Part shown: piece by piece, positions 11,406-25,300 of the stretch
Layout: each line of letters begins with the position of its first letter
Numbering within the stretch: position 1 is the first letter of the stretch
DNA from: the human T2T-CHM13v2.0 reference genome, Homo sapiens
DNA: 64,000 nt
Assembly: GCF_009914755.1 (NCBI RefSeq)
Contig: NC_060947.1
Direction: 5' to 3' (one strand)
Notes under the pieces: generated by a model
The model's input: only the letters and a program-made list of their open reading frames with translations
Database searches by the model: none
Told to the model about the DNA's origin: nothing
Program-made: the position numbers and the translations under genes

Positions 11406-14204
11406 GTAATGGAGTAAATGCCTTTTGAGTCTTTGTTAAGCAATCAAGGAATTCTTATTGCTGCTTATAATGCTATAAACTAATGCTGCAGCATTTTTAT
11501 CTCAGCCTCTTTGCTTTGTAGTTTTGATCTTGGCACTTTTGCTTCATGGCTGATGGCTACGGTGACTTTTACAACCTAATTGTGGAATCAGCAATGGTTT
11601 TATTATTTCGGTTTCCCAAATAAGAGATAGAATTGAACAGCTAAGAGTGAAGCAATAATTTAAAATTGTTAGATCTAAATCTCATTTGTATAGAATCGCA
11701 AATCAGGGCTTTCAGGTTTTTTTAATTTTGTGAAAGAAGAGCTCATTACACAGTCTACTGCATTTGTATGAGAAGGTTTTGCAACCAGGAGAAATATTTA
11801 CAGTGCATGGCCTGCTCAAGGAGAGTTTTCAGTGATAAAGCATAAGAAAGAAAAATAAGGGATCAAAACAGAAAGTAGTAGCTTGTATGTGGTGTTTTCT
11901 GAGCTGGAAAAGATAACACTGGGTTTACAAAATTAAATGTAAAATCTCAATCAACTTTATTCACACAGTGAACAACATTAATTAATTTTAATTCTATAGC
12001 TTCTAAATATTTTAAGTACTGAATTATTCATTACCAATAAAATTTCCAAGCTTTGATATCATATTAATGTACTGCTGTCATAGGCATTCTTATCTATTTC
12101 TCTGGCAATTAACATCTAGTCTTGGTTCTGGACAAAAAGAAAATCATAATTAAATCTGTTGGATTATTCATCATAGTTAGAAAGCTTATTGTGTTTTGAT
12201 TCCAATATTAAGCATTCATTCTTAATAAGAAGTGCATATCTAACTCCCGTGGGGAGCTTTTCAAAATATAAAAGCCCAGAATTCCATTCTAAGTCTACTG
12301 AATCAGAATTTCTGGGGACAAAGGTATATGAAAGAGATACACTAAAAAAGAAAGGGGAGGTTACAAACATGTGCAGAGAGTTGGGAAGCAGGAAGGACAT
12401 GTAGAATTACTATATTATTTTCAACTTCTCTTCTGCTTTTTAAGTCAAAAGCTGTTCCTAAATTATAGAAAATAACACTGTTACATATCTAAGTCCTTCA
12501 AGTCTGGTCAAATTGGGGGAAGGAAAGAGGAAACATAGGCAAAGAAAGAACTGCTACATTTTTATTTTTATACAGGGAAGGATATAAGAAAAAGAAACCA
12601 CTACCTTTTCTATGAAAACATTACGTACATTTTTTTAAAAGTCTATTTGTAAAACTTTCCAAAACTGCATGAAAACACAATAGATGAAAAATAGAATGTG
12701 ACAAATGAAGAAAAGGAATAAGCTAAGAAGCAGTTATAAGAAATTGTACAATGACAGATTGGATGAATTATGTAGGAAATAAAAAATTGGCAAAAAATCA
12801 CAAACTAGGGAGCAAGATAAAAAAACAGAAGAGATAAAATGCAACTGGAAGAAAAGATAAATACAGGGAAATAGAGGGAAGAAAAAGGAAACTTCATTGA
12901 ACAAGGAGATGTTTCAAGAATCCAATACTGAGATTTACTTGTAATTTTGTTCATGAATTATTTTGAGACAGGTAAATCATTAACCGAGTTTACTGATTGG
13001 TCAAGAGAAAAGATGTAATAAAATGAAATTTGGGAGAGTTGTGAAACAGACTTTTATGGTGCAATTTCCTACAAATATGGTGCTTTATCTTGTTTTTTTA
13101 TCCTAAGGTCATTCTCATTGTGTCTCTTCGTCAGTGCCAAGAATTCAGGAGTTTGATATACAGTTTCTGATACTTTTTTCAATGATAAATAAAGCAAGTT
13201 AACCAGTCATGCTAATTATTAGAAAATATAGCCAATACTGTTTTCAGAGATTTTAATGTGCTTCAGCAAGTTTCTTTCAACTTCTATCGGATGATGGATT
13301 TTTGTAAAGAAGCAAAATAAATGCACAAATACTCAAGGCATATGCTAAGCACAGCACCAGGACCCATTCAACTTAGCCTGTCCATAGACTGAGGGATTCC
13401 GTCTTGGTGGAAGGTCTGATAACCTTGTGGGAGCACCTGAGGATAGTCAGAACAATTGAAAGATGGCTAAAATTGGGGAAATCTAGCAGTTAGGAAAATG
13501 GAGAGAAGGGCAAAATAGTATAGAAAAAAAAAAGAGTGGAAAAATAGTATAGAAAAGCAACTAGGAAGGATAAGAAAACAGTGAAAAATGGCTGAAATAA
13601 ATGGCCTTTTTTTGAGTAAAGAAAGAATGAAAGTTATAGGAGGTAAGAATCAAGGTCAAGGAGAGCTCAGAATGAGAAGGACAAGAATCCAGTCCATATA
13701 TGAAGTATAAGATAATATCCAAACATGTTAGTACAACAGGGAGCATGGAAAGGACCATCCTCCTCTTCTCCCCACTGCCTTCTCGGCTCCGTCTCCTGCC
13801 GCTTCTCCTCCTCACTTTCAAGCTTAGCTCCAATGCCCAGTAAAACTGAGTAACTTTCTACTTCCTTGACGATACTGTTAAGTTGTATAGGACAAATTCG
13901 TTACTCATCTTTAATAGTTAGCATAAAAGTACCCTCTTTCTAGAGGACTTTTAAGAGGCCTAGGGGAACTAAGTGCCCCTCCTTTGTATAGGTATTTATA
14001 AAATGTTTCCATTTGTGTCATTCTCATATGTTTTGGACTTTACAGCTGAATATTAAGCATGACCGAATGAGGGCTTTCTTCTCTTGAACAGAAAATACAT
14101 CTCTAAATTTGAACGGCACTACAGATTCAACTTTTAACTAAGGACCTCCAGATCTTTTATTAGTAATTTGCAAGGAACTCAGTCAAATAAAAAGGTCCTG
14201 TCTT

Positions 14205-14666
14205 GTGCTATTCACAATAGCAAAGACATGGAATCCATCTAGTTGTGAAACAATGGTAGATTGGATAAAGAAAATGTGGTACATATACACCATGAAATAC
14301 TACATAGTCATAAAAAGAATGAAATCATGTCCTTTGCGGAAGCACGGATGCAGTTGGAGGCCATAATCATAAGCAAATTAACGCAGGAACAGGAAAAACA
14401 AACACTATATGTTCTCACTTATAAGTGGGAGCTAAACATAGAGCATATATGGACGTAAATATGCGAACAACAGATACCGCGGACTAGTAGATGTGGGAAG
14501 GAGGGAGGGTGCGCATTGGTTGAAAAACTACTCATCAGGTAGGTACTATGCTCACTGTTTGGGTGATGAGATCTGTACCCCAAACCTCAGCATCATGCGC
14601 TATTCCCCTGTGACAAGCCTGTACATGTACCCTCTGTATATAAAATAAAATTTGATTATTTTAAAA
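14205..14666 (+). mobile_element. L1 3' fragment (old primate, L1PA15-17-like)
   Basis: ORF2 C-terminal text ctattcacaatagcaaagacatggaa...gttctcacttataagtgggagctaaac, then 3' UTR ending taaaataaaa. Confidence 0.85.
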
Positions 14667-17600
14667 AGGAGCAGTCTTTACAATGAACGATCAGAAATAA
14701 AATGCACCTTTTTAGCCTCTTCTTTCTCCTGTTATCTTTTTTTTTTTCAATTTCAGTAAACATTTATTGTACCTTACTAATACAAATGCTGAAACCATAC
14801 AAATGTGTGTGTTCATTTGTTACAGGAACTAGAGTCAGGAGCAGGCCTTGTTAGATTTCATTTAATACTCTCTTTTTCCTGTGAGGTATAATAGTAGATA
14901 TGCTCTTGGTACAATTTCCCATCTGCTCCTGATAATGGTTGCTATAAAAGAATAATGAGAATTCCTTCTAAAACTAGAAATAGACTGTTTATTTTCCAAA
15001 GCAAACATCCTGCCAATGAACTGAAGGAAAATTATGTACAGTAGCAATTTATTTTAATGGGACATTTACCTAATATCAAATTGTAATGAAATTTCCTTTT
15101 GATGTATTTATCTTATTCATATCAATTATATATATATATATAGATTTGTTATTATCACTGCTATTAATGTGTATACCAAAATTAATTCATCATAAAGAGC
15201 TTTAAGTACTACATGTTTTGTAAGGGTATCTTGGGTTGTTTTTCTTTCTCTTCCAAGAAATGCTGCCCTGGGCCAAAAAGAAAAAATCACGTGCTCCTCA
15301 ATTTCAAGCAGAGATTCAATACAGTGTTACCTAAAGTGAGGAAAATATAAATATGTTAAGTTTTTGCCCTCTGAAACTGAGGGCTACATTTTAAATCTGG
15401 TCCCAGACATGTTTTGGCGTTAGAACTTTGTTTGATTAATGATTTGAATGCCTTTAGGTGGGGCATGAAAGCATTCAATCATTCTGTAAAGGCATTTGAA
15501 TTGGTGGCTCTTGTTTTAAAGAAAACTGTTGTTACAAAGTACAGAACAGAACTTTGCAAAGCGAATAGGTTTTAGTTTGCTAAAATAAATGTTAGCTCTC
15601 TCTACGTTCAAGGATTTATTTAATCCTTCTCGCCTTCTAACTCATTCATGAGAACTTCAGGACAAATAGAAAACATTTAAGGGCTGTGTTTTTCTCTCCA
15701 TTTACTTAGATTTGCAAAGAAAACAAATTGGCCTTTCCCTGATAAAAAGGCATCTTGTCCACAGCTGTACTTGTTTTCTTATTGAGTGATCCTGGTTATA
15801 GAACATGTGACTTCAGGCATAAAATTCTTTCTACATGATTACTAGCATGCCTCTGAACACATTAAATGTTTCATCGTGGAACATATTGCACGTAACTCAA
15901 AAAACACTGTCTCAGGACGTGATATTCGAAAGGAAGCATAGGTCATTTTAAAATTTCTAATTTCTCTTCTCTCTAGAGGTATTATCAATTTGGAGCCACA
16001 TAAATACTTCTTCAAAAGCCATTTGGCGGGTAGAGGGTGATACAATATGTATGTGTGCATATAGAAAAAGCCAACAAAATTGTTTTTCAAAAATAAGACA
16101 ATGTGCAAGTCAACTTGATTATACACTGTAAATATTTGATGGAAGTATCTAATGTCATTGGTTCTAAAACCCTGTAGTTCTCTACTGGTATTTGCCATGC
16201 CTATATTTTCACTCTGTAAGTCAATTATTGATTGGATACCTCCTATTAGCCAGACACTGTGGAAGGTGCTAGTCATCATTCTCTGCTGGAGGATGAATGG
16301 ATTGGAGGAGCCCGGGAATAGAAGTAAGGAGACCAAGCAGGAGATATCATGGTAGTTAAAGTGAGGAAAGATGGTCGCTTGGATTGAGGAGGAGTCAGTG
16401 GCAGAAATGGAGAGAAGTGCATGGAACCAAGTGGCATTTGGAAAGTAAATACACAGGACTTAATGCATTGGAGACAGAAATGAAGGAGAGAGTATCAATC
16501 AGACAGTTGAAGATACTGGTCTGGAACTCAGAGGAAATATTAGGACTGAAAATATAACTGAGAGCATTATTGGCAGAGCTATGTCTAAAATTTATGATGT
16601 GAGTTTTGCTCCAAATGTGTTTGAGTCCCTTATTTTTATTGAAACGATTCTGGGCAAACTCAAAGCTAGCAATCATAATCCAAACATATTTTGGGAATCC
16701 CTGAGTATCTGCATGATGACTAATTTTGTCATTATTGACATTTGCTACATCTAATATGTATTATTTTCATTTGCTGGCAGAGAGATTAATATCATAATTA
16801 GCATAATGTAGAAAATTGAGAGGCCGTATGATTCCCCACAAATTTGAAGAAAATAGAATATCGTTTTGATGAAGCTGCTTGTGTTTTCCTACCCTAACTC
16901 CCACCCACCTATTAGTTAAAAAAAATGGTCAAAGGTGATTTCAAAATATGTTTTGAGAAAGTGTTGTGCTTTAAGAGAACAGAATTAAGCTTGTTCCTTA
17001 ATACACTTCTATTCTGTGTTCACAAGAATTCCATGGGCCTTTGCTGTGGCATAGTCTTTAAATGCTGTCTAATGTAGGTAAATTGTTCAATGCAGTAAGT
17101 GTTCTCTTTAGTGTGACTGACTCCAACAAATATTTAATTTAGGGTAACTACTAGGTGTCTCAAGTTTTACAATGATAAATAAGCTTGTATTTTCTTGTCA
17201 ACACTCTCAACTTAATGGGGACACCCTAGAAAATGCTGTGTTACAATATAACTATGGCGATTGCTTTGAGAACAAGATAGATCAATGAATTTGGCGAAAT
17301 GGTAAGGAAAAGAAACAGACAAGTTGAGGTAATTACTATTATAAAGGCCTTAAAGACAGTCTTTTCCCCATTTCCTATATCACCAAGTACAGCGCTGAGC
17401 ACTGCTCAGCTTAATAATTGCTTAAGAAATATTTGTTGATAAATTGAGCAGAAAACTAAGCAAGATATTATAATCTTCTTGATTGCTTTCTCATTCTGGA
17501 AAGGGTCAAAAGTAACTTTTTGAAATACATACAACAGCCTAGAGTGAAAAAGAGACATTTAAAAATAATTGTGTTTTTATCAAAGTTTCATCTCCTACCA

Positions 17601-17935
17601 CAAATAACAAGTTATTAAGGAAAGCTGTCGTTTCTCAGGCTCTTGAGAATGGGAAGGCCTAGAAATACGATAAAGAGGGATCAAAGCAGATCTCTGTGTC
17701 TAACATCAATTAATTGATTTTGAGCATTTAGCTTAGATTACAGAACCCCCAAGACATCAACTAACAATCCACATCTAAGCACATGTTGGGCATCACTAAG
17801 CCTTATATGTCCCTCTTGCCAAGTTATACAGGCATTAAACACAAATTACTCTTTTATTTTTCCCCAAGCCTTAAGTTCTGAGGTTAGGTTTCTTGTTTTC
17901 CAACTCATTATCTGTTGTATGGTAATACTACTCTC

Positions 17936-18006
17936 CTTCATGGAATTAGATGAGAAGAGGTGATGATAAAAACAATTGTGCCTCTCTTGTTGACTGGGCA
18001 CGCCCT
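17936..18006 (-). other. Latent 71-nt pseudoexon in intron 44
   Basis: Acceptor (T)18 gatttgcag|AGGGCG. Near-donor AAG|GAGAGT, one change (17934, A>T on minus) from GTGAGT. Confidence 0.7.
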
Positions 18007-19145
18007 CTGCAAATCAAAAAAAAAAAAAAAAAAGAATGCACAAGCATGGATTCACTCCCCATTATCAGTACATTGTACAATATCAATGATCTGTATTTTA
18101 TTGAACAATATATAAGCCAGAGGAACCTAAGGATAAAGCAGACAAATGACATAAGCAAGTCATCTGTTAGATTTTTCTCAATTATTCATGTGAATATCTA
18201 AAAGGTTAGGGATATTTGTAAAAGAGTGGTGAAAACTATAGGTTTTACTTTCTTATCAATTTAGCTTGTATGAAGGAAAAGATTAAATTATCAAATGTAA
18301 ATCTTTTCTAATTTTTTTCTCTCTAGGAACGCTTCCTTCTTAGGCTACCACGTAGCATTTCAGGACCTTTTCATTTGACTGAAACCTCAAAGGAAATATT
18401 TTCAAGCCAACATCCACTTCACTCCTAAAACTGGTTTCTTATATTCATTACATTATTTATTTGAATGACATCTGTATTTTCCAGTATGGATACCAGCAGT
18501 TCAACTTTGTTTTGTCCCTTTTTTTTTCATTCCTCCAATCCAAATTCTATTTTACTGATCCTAATTGTTATACTTCTTGCCCGGTTGATTCCATCGTTAT
18601 TGCTTTTCCTCCAGCCTGGTTATTCATTACACTTCACCTATGTTATTAATACACCCTCCTAACTGTTTCATCTCAGACTCTTTCACTGCATAACATTCTA
18701 CACAATCTTTCCAGATTAATCCTCCAGATGCATAGTTCTTCTGGTGGATTCCCTGCTCAAAAATTTATACTGAATACTCAGTGCCTGCCTGTTGAAGCCC
18801 AAATAGCGTACATAACATTCAGAACCTCATAGCATCCCTGAGAGATACCTTTTTAGGCTTCTTACAATGACTTTCCAATTCTTCATCCATGCTTCAGTGC
18901 AATTAGACAACTCACAGTGACGTCCTGGTCATTCTCCAGACCTTTGACTATTCTCCATCCTCCATCATGTGTGTCTTTACCTCTACTTATGTAATCCTTT
19001 CATTCCAGTTGACTAGACCATGAGATCCATGAGAGCAGGAACTGTAATCTTTTCTCACTCTAGTGCCTAGTAACGTGTTGCTACCTGGCAGTGCTCAAAA
19101 CATGTTTGTTAAATGGATAAAGGTGTGCCCCAAATACTAACTCTA

Positions 19146-19227
19146 TTGTGAATACATTTTCAAGCAAAAGTTATCTATCCTATAAATTGGGAATACATTT
19201 TCAAGCAAAAGTTATCTATCCTATAAA
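19146..19227. repeat. 41-bp tandem duplication (2 copies, 1 mismatch)
   Basis: ttg(t/g)gaatacattttcaagcaaaagttatctatcctataaa at 19146-19186 and 19187-19227. Confidence 0.95.
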
Positions 19228-19286
19228 ATCATACTGTACTTGAACTGTATCTACATAATGGTTTTTCACAGTCTATAAAAATTAAA

Positions 19287-19602
<316 letters not shown>

Positions 19603-20154
19603 TGAAAATTTATGATTGTCTTTATTTCAGGGACATTGTCTTCTTTACCTTTGAGGTCTCCACTATGCTCATCAGTTAATTTGTTCTTTTTACTAAATGG
19701 CTAAATGAGTGACTGAGTTTCTTTTACTGGTATGTGGTGAAACTGCAGAATTTTTATGCACGTTGAAAGAATCTCTAAGAGCATAGCACATTTGGTAAAA
19801 AGCATGATTAAATTCTATTTCTGTACTTTTAAATACCTACTAGGGGTCTAGCAAAAAAAAAAAATAGTGCTGATGCTGAAGCTGGTCAAAGACAATTCAA
19901 ATGTTCTGCACTTCATATTAGTGGTGGGGTTGCCAAGGAACAGAGCTTTTACAAAGCTAATGCCCTGCTGCTCAGGCAGCAACACTGCATTCTAGTAGAC
20001 TCTTCAGATAAAGTAAAAAGAAAAGAAACAAAACAGGAAAATGTCTGTCATTCCCAGTCTTCAAGTTATATGAATGACCTCAAAATGATACTATTTTCAC
20101 CCAATAATCATAAAGGTAATAATCTTCAACACACATAATCTATATGAATGTCCA

Positions 20155-20815
20155 ATAAATCCATGAAAAGATGCTTAATAGTGCTAGTAATCAGAGGAAT
20201 ATAAGTTAAAACCACAACAATATACCTACATATTCTGTAAGATAGCAAAAATTAAAATGACTGACAAGACCAAATATTGACAAAGATGTAGAGTAACTGG
20301 AACTCTCCATCATCACTGGTGGCATTGCAAAATGGCACAACCACTTTAGAAAACTGTTTAGGTGCTGTTTGACAATATCTCATAAATTTAAACATTTCAC
20401 CCAGCCATTCCACTTCTACAGAGTTACTCAAACTAAATGAAAACATATGCTCACAAATGGCTTGTACACAAATGTCCACAGCATCCTATTCATAACAGCC
20501 AAAAACTGAAAACCACCTGAATGTCCATCAAAAGGAGAATAGATAAATAAATTGTGGTATATCTATACAATAGAATATTAATCATCAATAAAGGAATGAA
20601 CAGCTGATACACTTACATGGATGAATCTCAAAAGTAGTATGCTGATCAAAATAGTACATTTTGTATGATTTCATTTATACAAATTTTTAAAAAGACAAAA
20701 CTAATCTATGGTGATATAAATCAGAAGAATAGGTGCCTATTGGGGCTGGGAATTGACTGGAAGGTAGCATGAAAAAGCTTTCTGAGGTAATGGAAATTTT
20801 TATTTTATTGAGGTG
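20155..20815 (+). mobile_element. Old L1M (L1MD/ME-like) ORF2 end and 3' UTR
   Basis: catgaaaagatgcttaa...aaaccacaa...gaataataaattgtggtatat-like...atggatgaatctcaaaa...acaaaactaatctatggtga. Confidence 0.75.
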
Positions 20816-21689
20816 TCACTTTATCAGTGGGACCACTTCACAGAAGTTAACAGATTGAGCATTTAATATCTTTACTAACTTATACACCTGCCACAGTATA
20901 AGTTACTGTCACACCCAGTAAGAAAGCGTGGAAAATATATTAGATGGCAGAATCTGAATATTATACAAAGTATCTTGACAGATTGAAGTTCTCAACTAAA
21001 TATGACAGGTTGAAATGTTATGTAAGAACAAACTCTTCCTCCTCTCCCAAATAAGTCTGTTTCATCTTATATAAAATTTTACCTCAATTAAGAAATAAAA
21101 ACAATATCATTTTTAACTGCTCTCCTTACTTACACAATACCTTAGCCATGCTAACAATCAGGGCATCCAGCAAATCTAAGTACTTTCTCTCTCTTACTTC
21201 ACACAGTACATATGGACCCTTCTTATGCAAGAAAACAACTAACTGAAATAGGCTGATTGCCAAACCTCAGTCATTTGCAGACAGAATTTAAAAGAGTTCA
21301 GAAGACTAATCAGGTTATACAGGAACAGACTTCGTGAACCATCAGGGATATTATACAATTCACCCTTTTATCCCCACACACAATGATCAATTTAGACAAT
21401 CTATAAGACGAGTCAAGTGGCATCTGTCTTTCAGGAACACACGTGTGTATGTGGGGGTGTATGTTTATTAGATTAAGAAGGAAAAAGCGTAGAGATTCAA
21501 CGATCTTGAATTTCAAGAGAAAATGGCTCAAGAAAGCCTGTAAAAGCTCTTTAGAATAAAATTTTGACAATATAATGGCAAATCATCCCAGTGAGTATAA
21601 AACAAAGATGTGTGCCACTGTATGGACAACCTCAAAGGTGCTCAGATTCTAATAGAGTATGAACATGGGAAGAAACGAGGGACAGAGAA

Positions 21690-22300
21690 CTGAGGGCAAA
21701 TATTAGAAGAACAATATAGAACTGTATAAACAGTGAGGAAAAGCTGAGCTTGGAATGAATTGAGGCTCGTGATAATGGTAAAGACAACATTCAGGGCCTT
21801 TTTACTTCCATTTGGAGGAAGAAGAACCAGAAAGACGAAGGTTCACTGATTGGGGCAGAAGGGAGAAGGTTAGGGATAGAGACGACACAGAAAGCAGCAG
21901 TGTGCAGCTCCTTTTGCTTGTCTGCTCTGTCAAGGAGAATGTTCATCAGACTGGAAAAGGCATAACCGTATAAGGGAAATGAAGCCCAAAATAGGTGAGG
22001 GAATTTTAAAAGAGCACCTTGCTGCTCTAAATGAGCTAAAATCTCTGGCCCTGGACCAATTATATTCTAGGGAAATGAGAGAACTTGCGCAATACAGTCC
22101 TACCCCACTGTCAGTGGTCTTTGAGGAACTATGTTAACACTGCAGATGGGCAAATGTCATCTCGATTTTTAAAGACAGGAAGAGGTCACTGCGACTGTGT
22201 TCCATCAATTCCTGCTAAAGAGCATTTCTGAATGATGGAACAAGGAGCAAACAAACACTTGTTAACAAAGACAACGTGGAGGCAGCTAATTTGGGTTTGT
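21690..22300 (+). mobile_element. CR1/L3 LINE ORF2 relic
   Basis: CR1-like motifs: gagcaccttgctgctctaaatgagctaaaatctctggccctggac...gagagaacttgc...ccactgtcagtggtctttgag...agatgggcaaatgtcatctcgatttttaaa. Confidence 0.6.
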
Positions 22301-25300
22301 ATGACAACTCGTTCTTACACCAGACATGTGTGCCTGTGTTTGCAGTTGAATCTCTTTTGCAGTATGAAAATTGAATTTCACATTTCTAAACAACTTAAAA
22401 ACCACTTCTTTTTTTTTCCAGCTAATGAAAGTTAAATTTTCTTAAAATGAAATAACCATATAAATAATGAATTGTGTTCTGTTGTACAAGGAGCAGCATG
22501 ACATCCAGTTGCCCACCACCTGAAAAAGTTTGAGGTCCTCTGGCAAATAATGGACAGAGACAATGATCTTATACGTGCACCATTTTGTGTTATTTGACAT
22601 GGTGACAATGGGTCTCCTTTCTACAAGAACAGAACAAGAGGAAATAAGATTGCAGAGTAGTTGGGGAACCTACACAGGAGGGAGTCTTCCGAAAAGAGAT
22701 TTAGACTGTATCAATATCCAGAAAAATGTCGAAGGTGATTTTTGGAAAATGGCATCATTGTTTACATTTATTCTTTTGGTTTTCTTCTATCACTTTTAGT
22801 GGATTTTTATAATGAAGAGACATACGTTTATGATCAGAAAAAAATAACCCTCTACCCATTTGGGAAATAAATTGATATAATCTTACCAAAACAAGGTATT
22901 TTTTTCTGGATTTTTTTATTCAAGAGTGAGAGAATAGATAAAATAGTCTTTCCCAGTACTGTATATTAATTATTTAAATATGATATTTTAAAATAAAGTT
23001 ATCATACTTTATCTACTATGGTATCAGCACCTGTAGACATAATTTACTACCATATTTGCATTAGTACATATTACTAAAGTTTTTCAGAGATATGGCCATA
23101 TATAGTGGGTAAAAGATACCAAAAATCATAAATAACATTTTATTCTTTCTCAAGTAACATTATTCAGCTCCTCTAATATAATTTCAGAGCTTTTGTTAAT
23201 GGTATTTTTCTACATACTAGTTTTGAATAAATTCATGTCTACCATGAACTATCTAGGGAGAAATGTTGTTAAAAATGCTGTTACAAGTTCCATAAACTTA
23301 GTTTACTTGATATCTTATAAACATGCTGCCTTTTGCAAAATACAGATTACTACTGAAATCAGGAAAGCTTAGAATTATTAAGACAGACGTATTGTAGGGA
23401 AATAAGGGAAAATTGCTCTAATTTTGTTCTGACATTCAGAATATAAAGATAATAGGTATTATCATGATGTCAACATGCTCCATCAAAACTCCCATTCAAT
23501 ACCATTCTTTTTCCATATATACTTACTTTTTTTTTCCTCATCCTTGGCCTTAATACAAAACTCAATATTTCATTTATAGTTTGAAATTTTGTTACATACT
23601 ACCCTAATCCTATGTGGATTGAAGAAGGGTATAAATCAATAAAACTTAAAACTGAATTTTCTCCTTTAAGCAGTTTAGATATTTTAATTAGTAAACACAA
23701 ACAAATAAGGTTAGCTATGTATTGCACATTTAAAGAAATATCACACTGTCAATGTGAAAAGAAATTTGTAAGGAAAAAAAAGAACAAAGATCAGTCTGGG
23801 ACATCTGCAATACATTCCAGATTCAGGAACAACAAGTTAAGTATCTACCTACTCATCTTTTCTGGCATGATCTTCTGTTAAAACCAGGAAAGGCAGTTAC
23901 CATACAGAAATGTTGATTTTGTCAGACAGATAAAGACATCACTAATACTATGCCAAAGAATAATTGCAATTATCTTATTGTGATAATTTATTGCTTTCAT
24001 ATACTTCATAAAGTGCTATCAGATGATTGTTCCATTTGAGATCCACGTGAAGTATGAGGTCAGAAAAATGTGTTATTATTCCTAGGGTAAAGACGAGGAA
24101 TTGGGGGTCTAAATATTTGTCCAAGTTGTCCTGCAGATAAAGGTCCCAGGACCAGGCCCCAGATTGTTATCACATTTCAGTGAGATTCCCATTATTCGGT
24201 ACTGGCTCTTTTCTGACTCAAATACTTAGATATTAAAGAGATACATGCGAGACATGAAAAGTAGAAAGTACAAAAAAATTGGCAAGTTGTACACTTTTAA
24301 ATTATTGTGAAAATAATTAACCAAATACTTCATAATTATAGATGTTTTTGGTAGAAAAAAGATGATTCGATACTCACTTTCCTATTAAACATCTATTTTG
24401 TCTTTCACTTTGATAATGCTGTTATCTTCAGTTAAATATAATCATTATGTGAATAAACAATGTGGATCAAAAAAGAATGAGAAATATCAACCCAGAATAT
24501 GTTTGAAGCTGATTTAAAGAGGACAACAGCATCCCTAGATTAGATTACATGTTTTTGTAAAGCTGCTATATTAGAATGTCATGCTGACATGATTCTTGAT
24601 AATGTATTTAATGGGTAAAGTATGCATAGTGAACATTTGTGTAGAGTTCATCACATCTAATTTTCTGTTTTCTTTTGATACACGAAGGTGAATGATGCAA
24701 TTGTGGTATTTCTGCTGTTGAACTTAATGAAAATTCTGTCCACTATCAATCAAATAGATCTTTTCTCTTGTTTGTTGTCCAAACAAATATGTTCAAAAGT
24801 AATTCATTTTTATTGAAAAGTCTTGTACTCACATGATGAAAAAAACACAAACAAGGCTTTAATTTATTTCACATGCACTTGCTTGCAAGCTATACACTGG
24901 AGAAGAGGGGAAGTTTAGTTTTATATTTATGTAATTCAAGTTATGTAGATAGACCAGGTGTTATATAAATGGACAGATTTTTAAACTAGTATGTTTCAAT
25001 AAATAATATGAGCCAATCTTCAGAAATGAATATAAACATGTGGCATCCTTCTCTATAAAAACACAAGGTTGAATGGGGCTCATCTGAAGTGTTGCTGCAA
25101 CAGTGTGATGTCTGTCCTGGCCGAGAGTATGTGGGATGATTTATCTCAATATGTTTTTGCAGTAACAGGTCATACTGAAACAATGATGGGACAACAAATC
25201 ACAATGTATGCCATACAAAGAAATGATATGGGAAGAATAATTTCATTCCCAAGTATTTAAAATTGATACTCTATTTTGAAGATCACCATAGAATTAGAAA

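Noticed and set aside
13512-13556. 16-bp direct repeat aaaatagtatagaaaa, and 15-bp tandem at 3245-3274
   Set aside because: Short low-complexity slippage duplications. With only two copies they are not an array or a CRISPR-like structure.
15438-15500. Imperfect hairpin aatgatttgaatgcc...gcattcaatcatt
   Set aside because: Short stem, likely within a degraded DNA-transposon relic, with no miRNA or ncRNA evidence.
15842-16336. Longest ORF (164 aa) and other 100-130 aa ORFs (3038, 26077, 43433)
   Set aside because: No recognisable domain, AT-biased composition, partly overlapping old repeats. Expected by chance in 64 kb.
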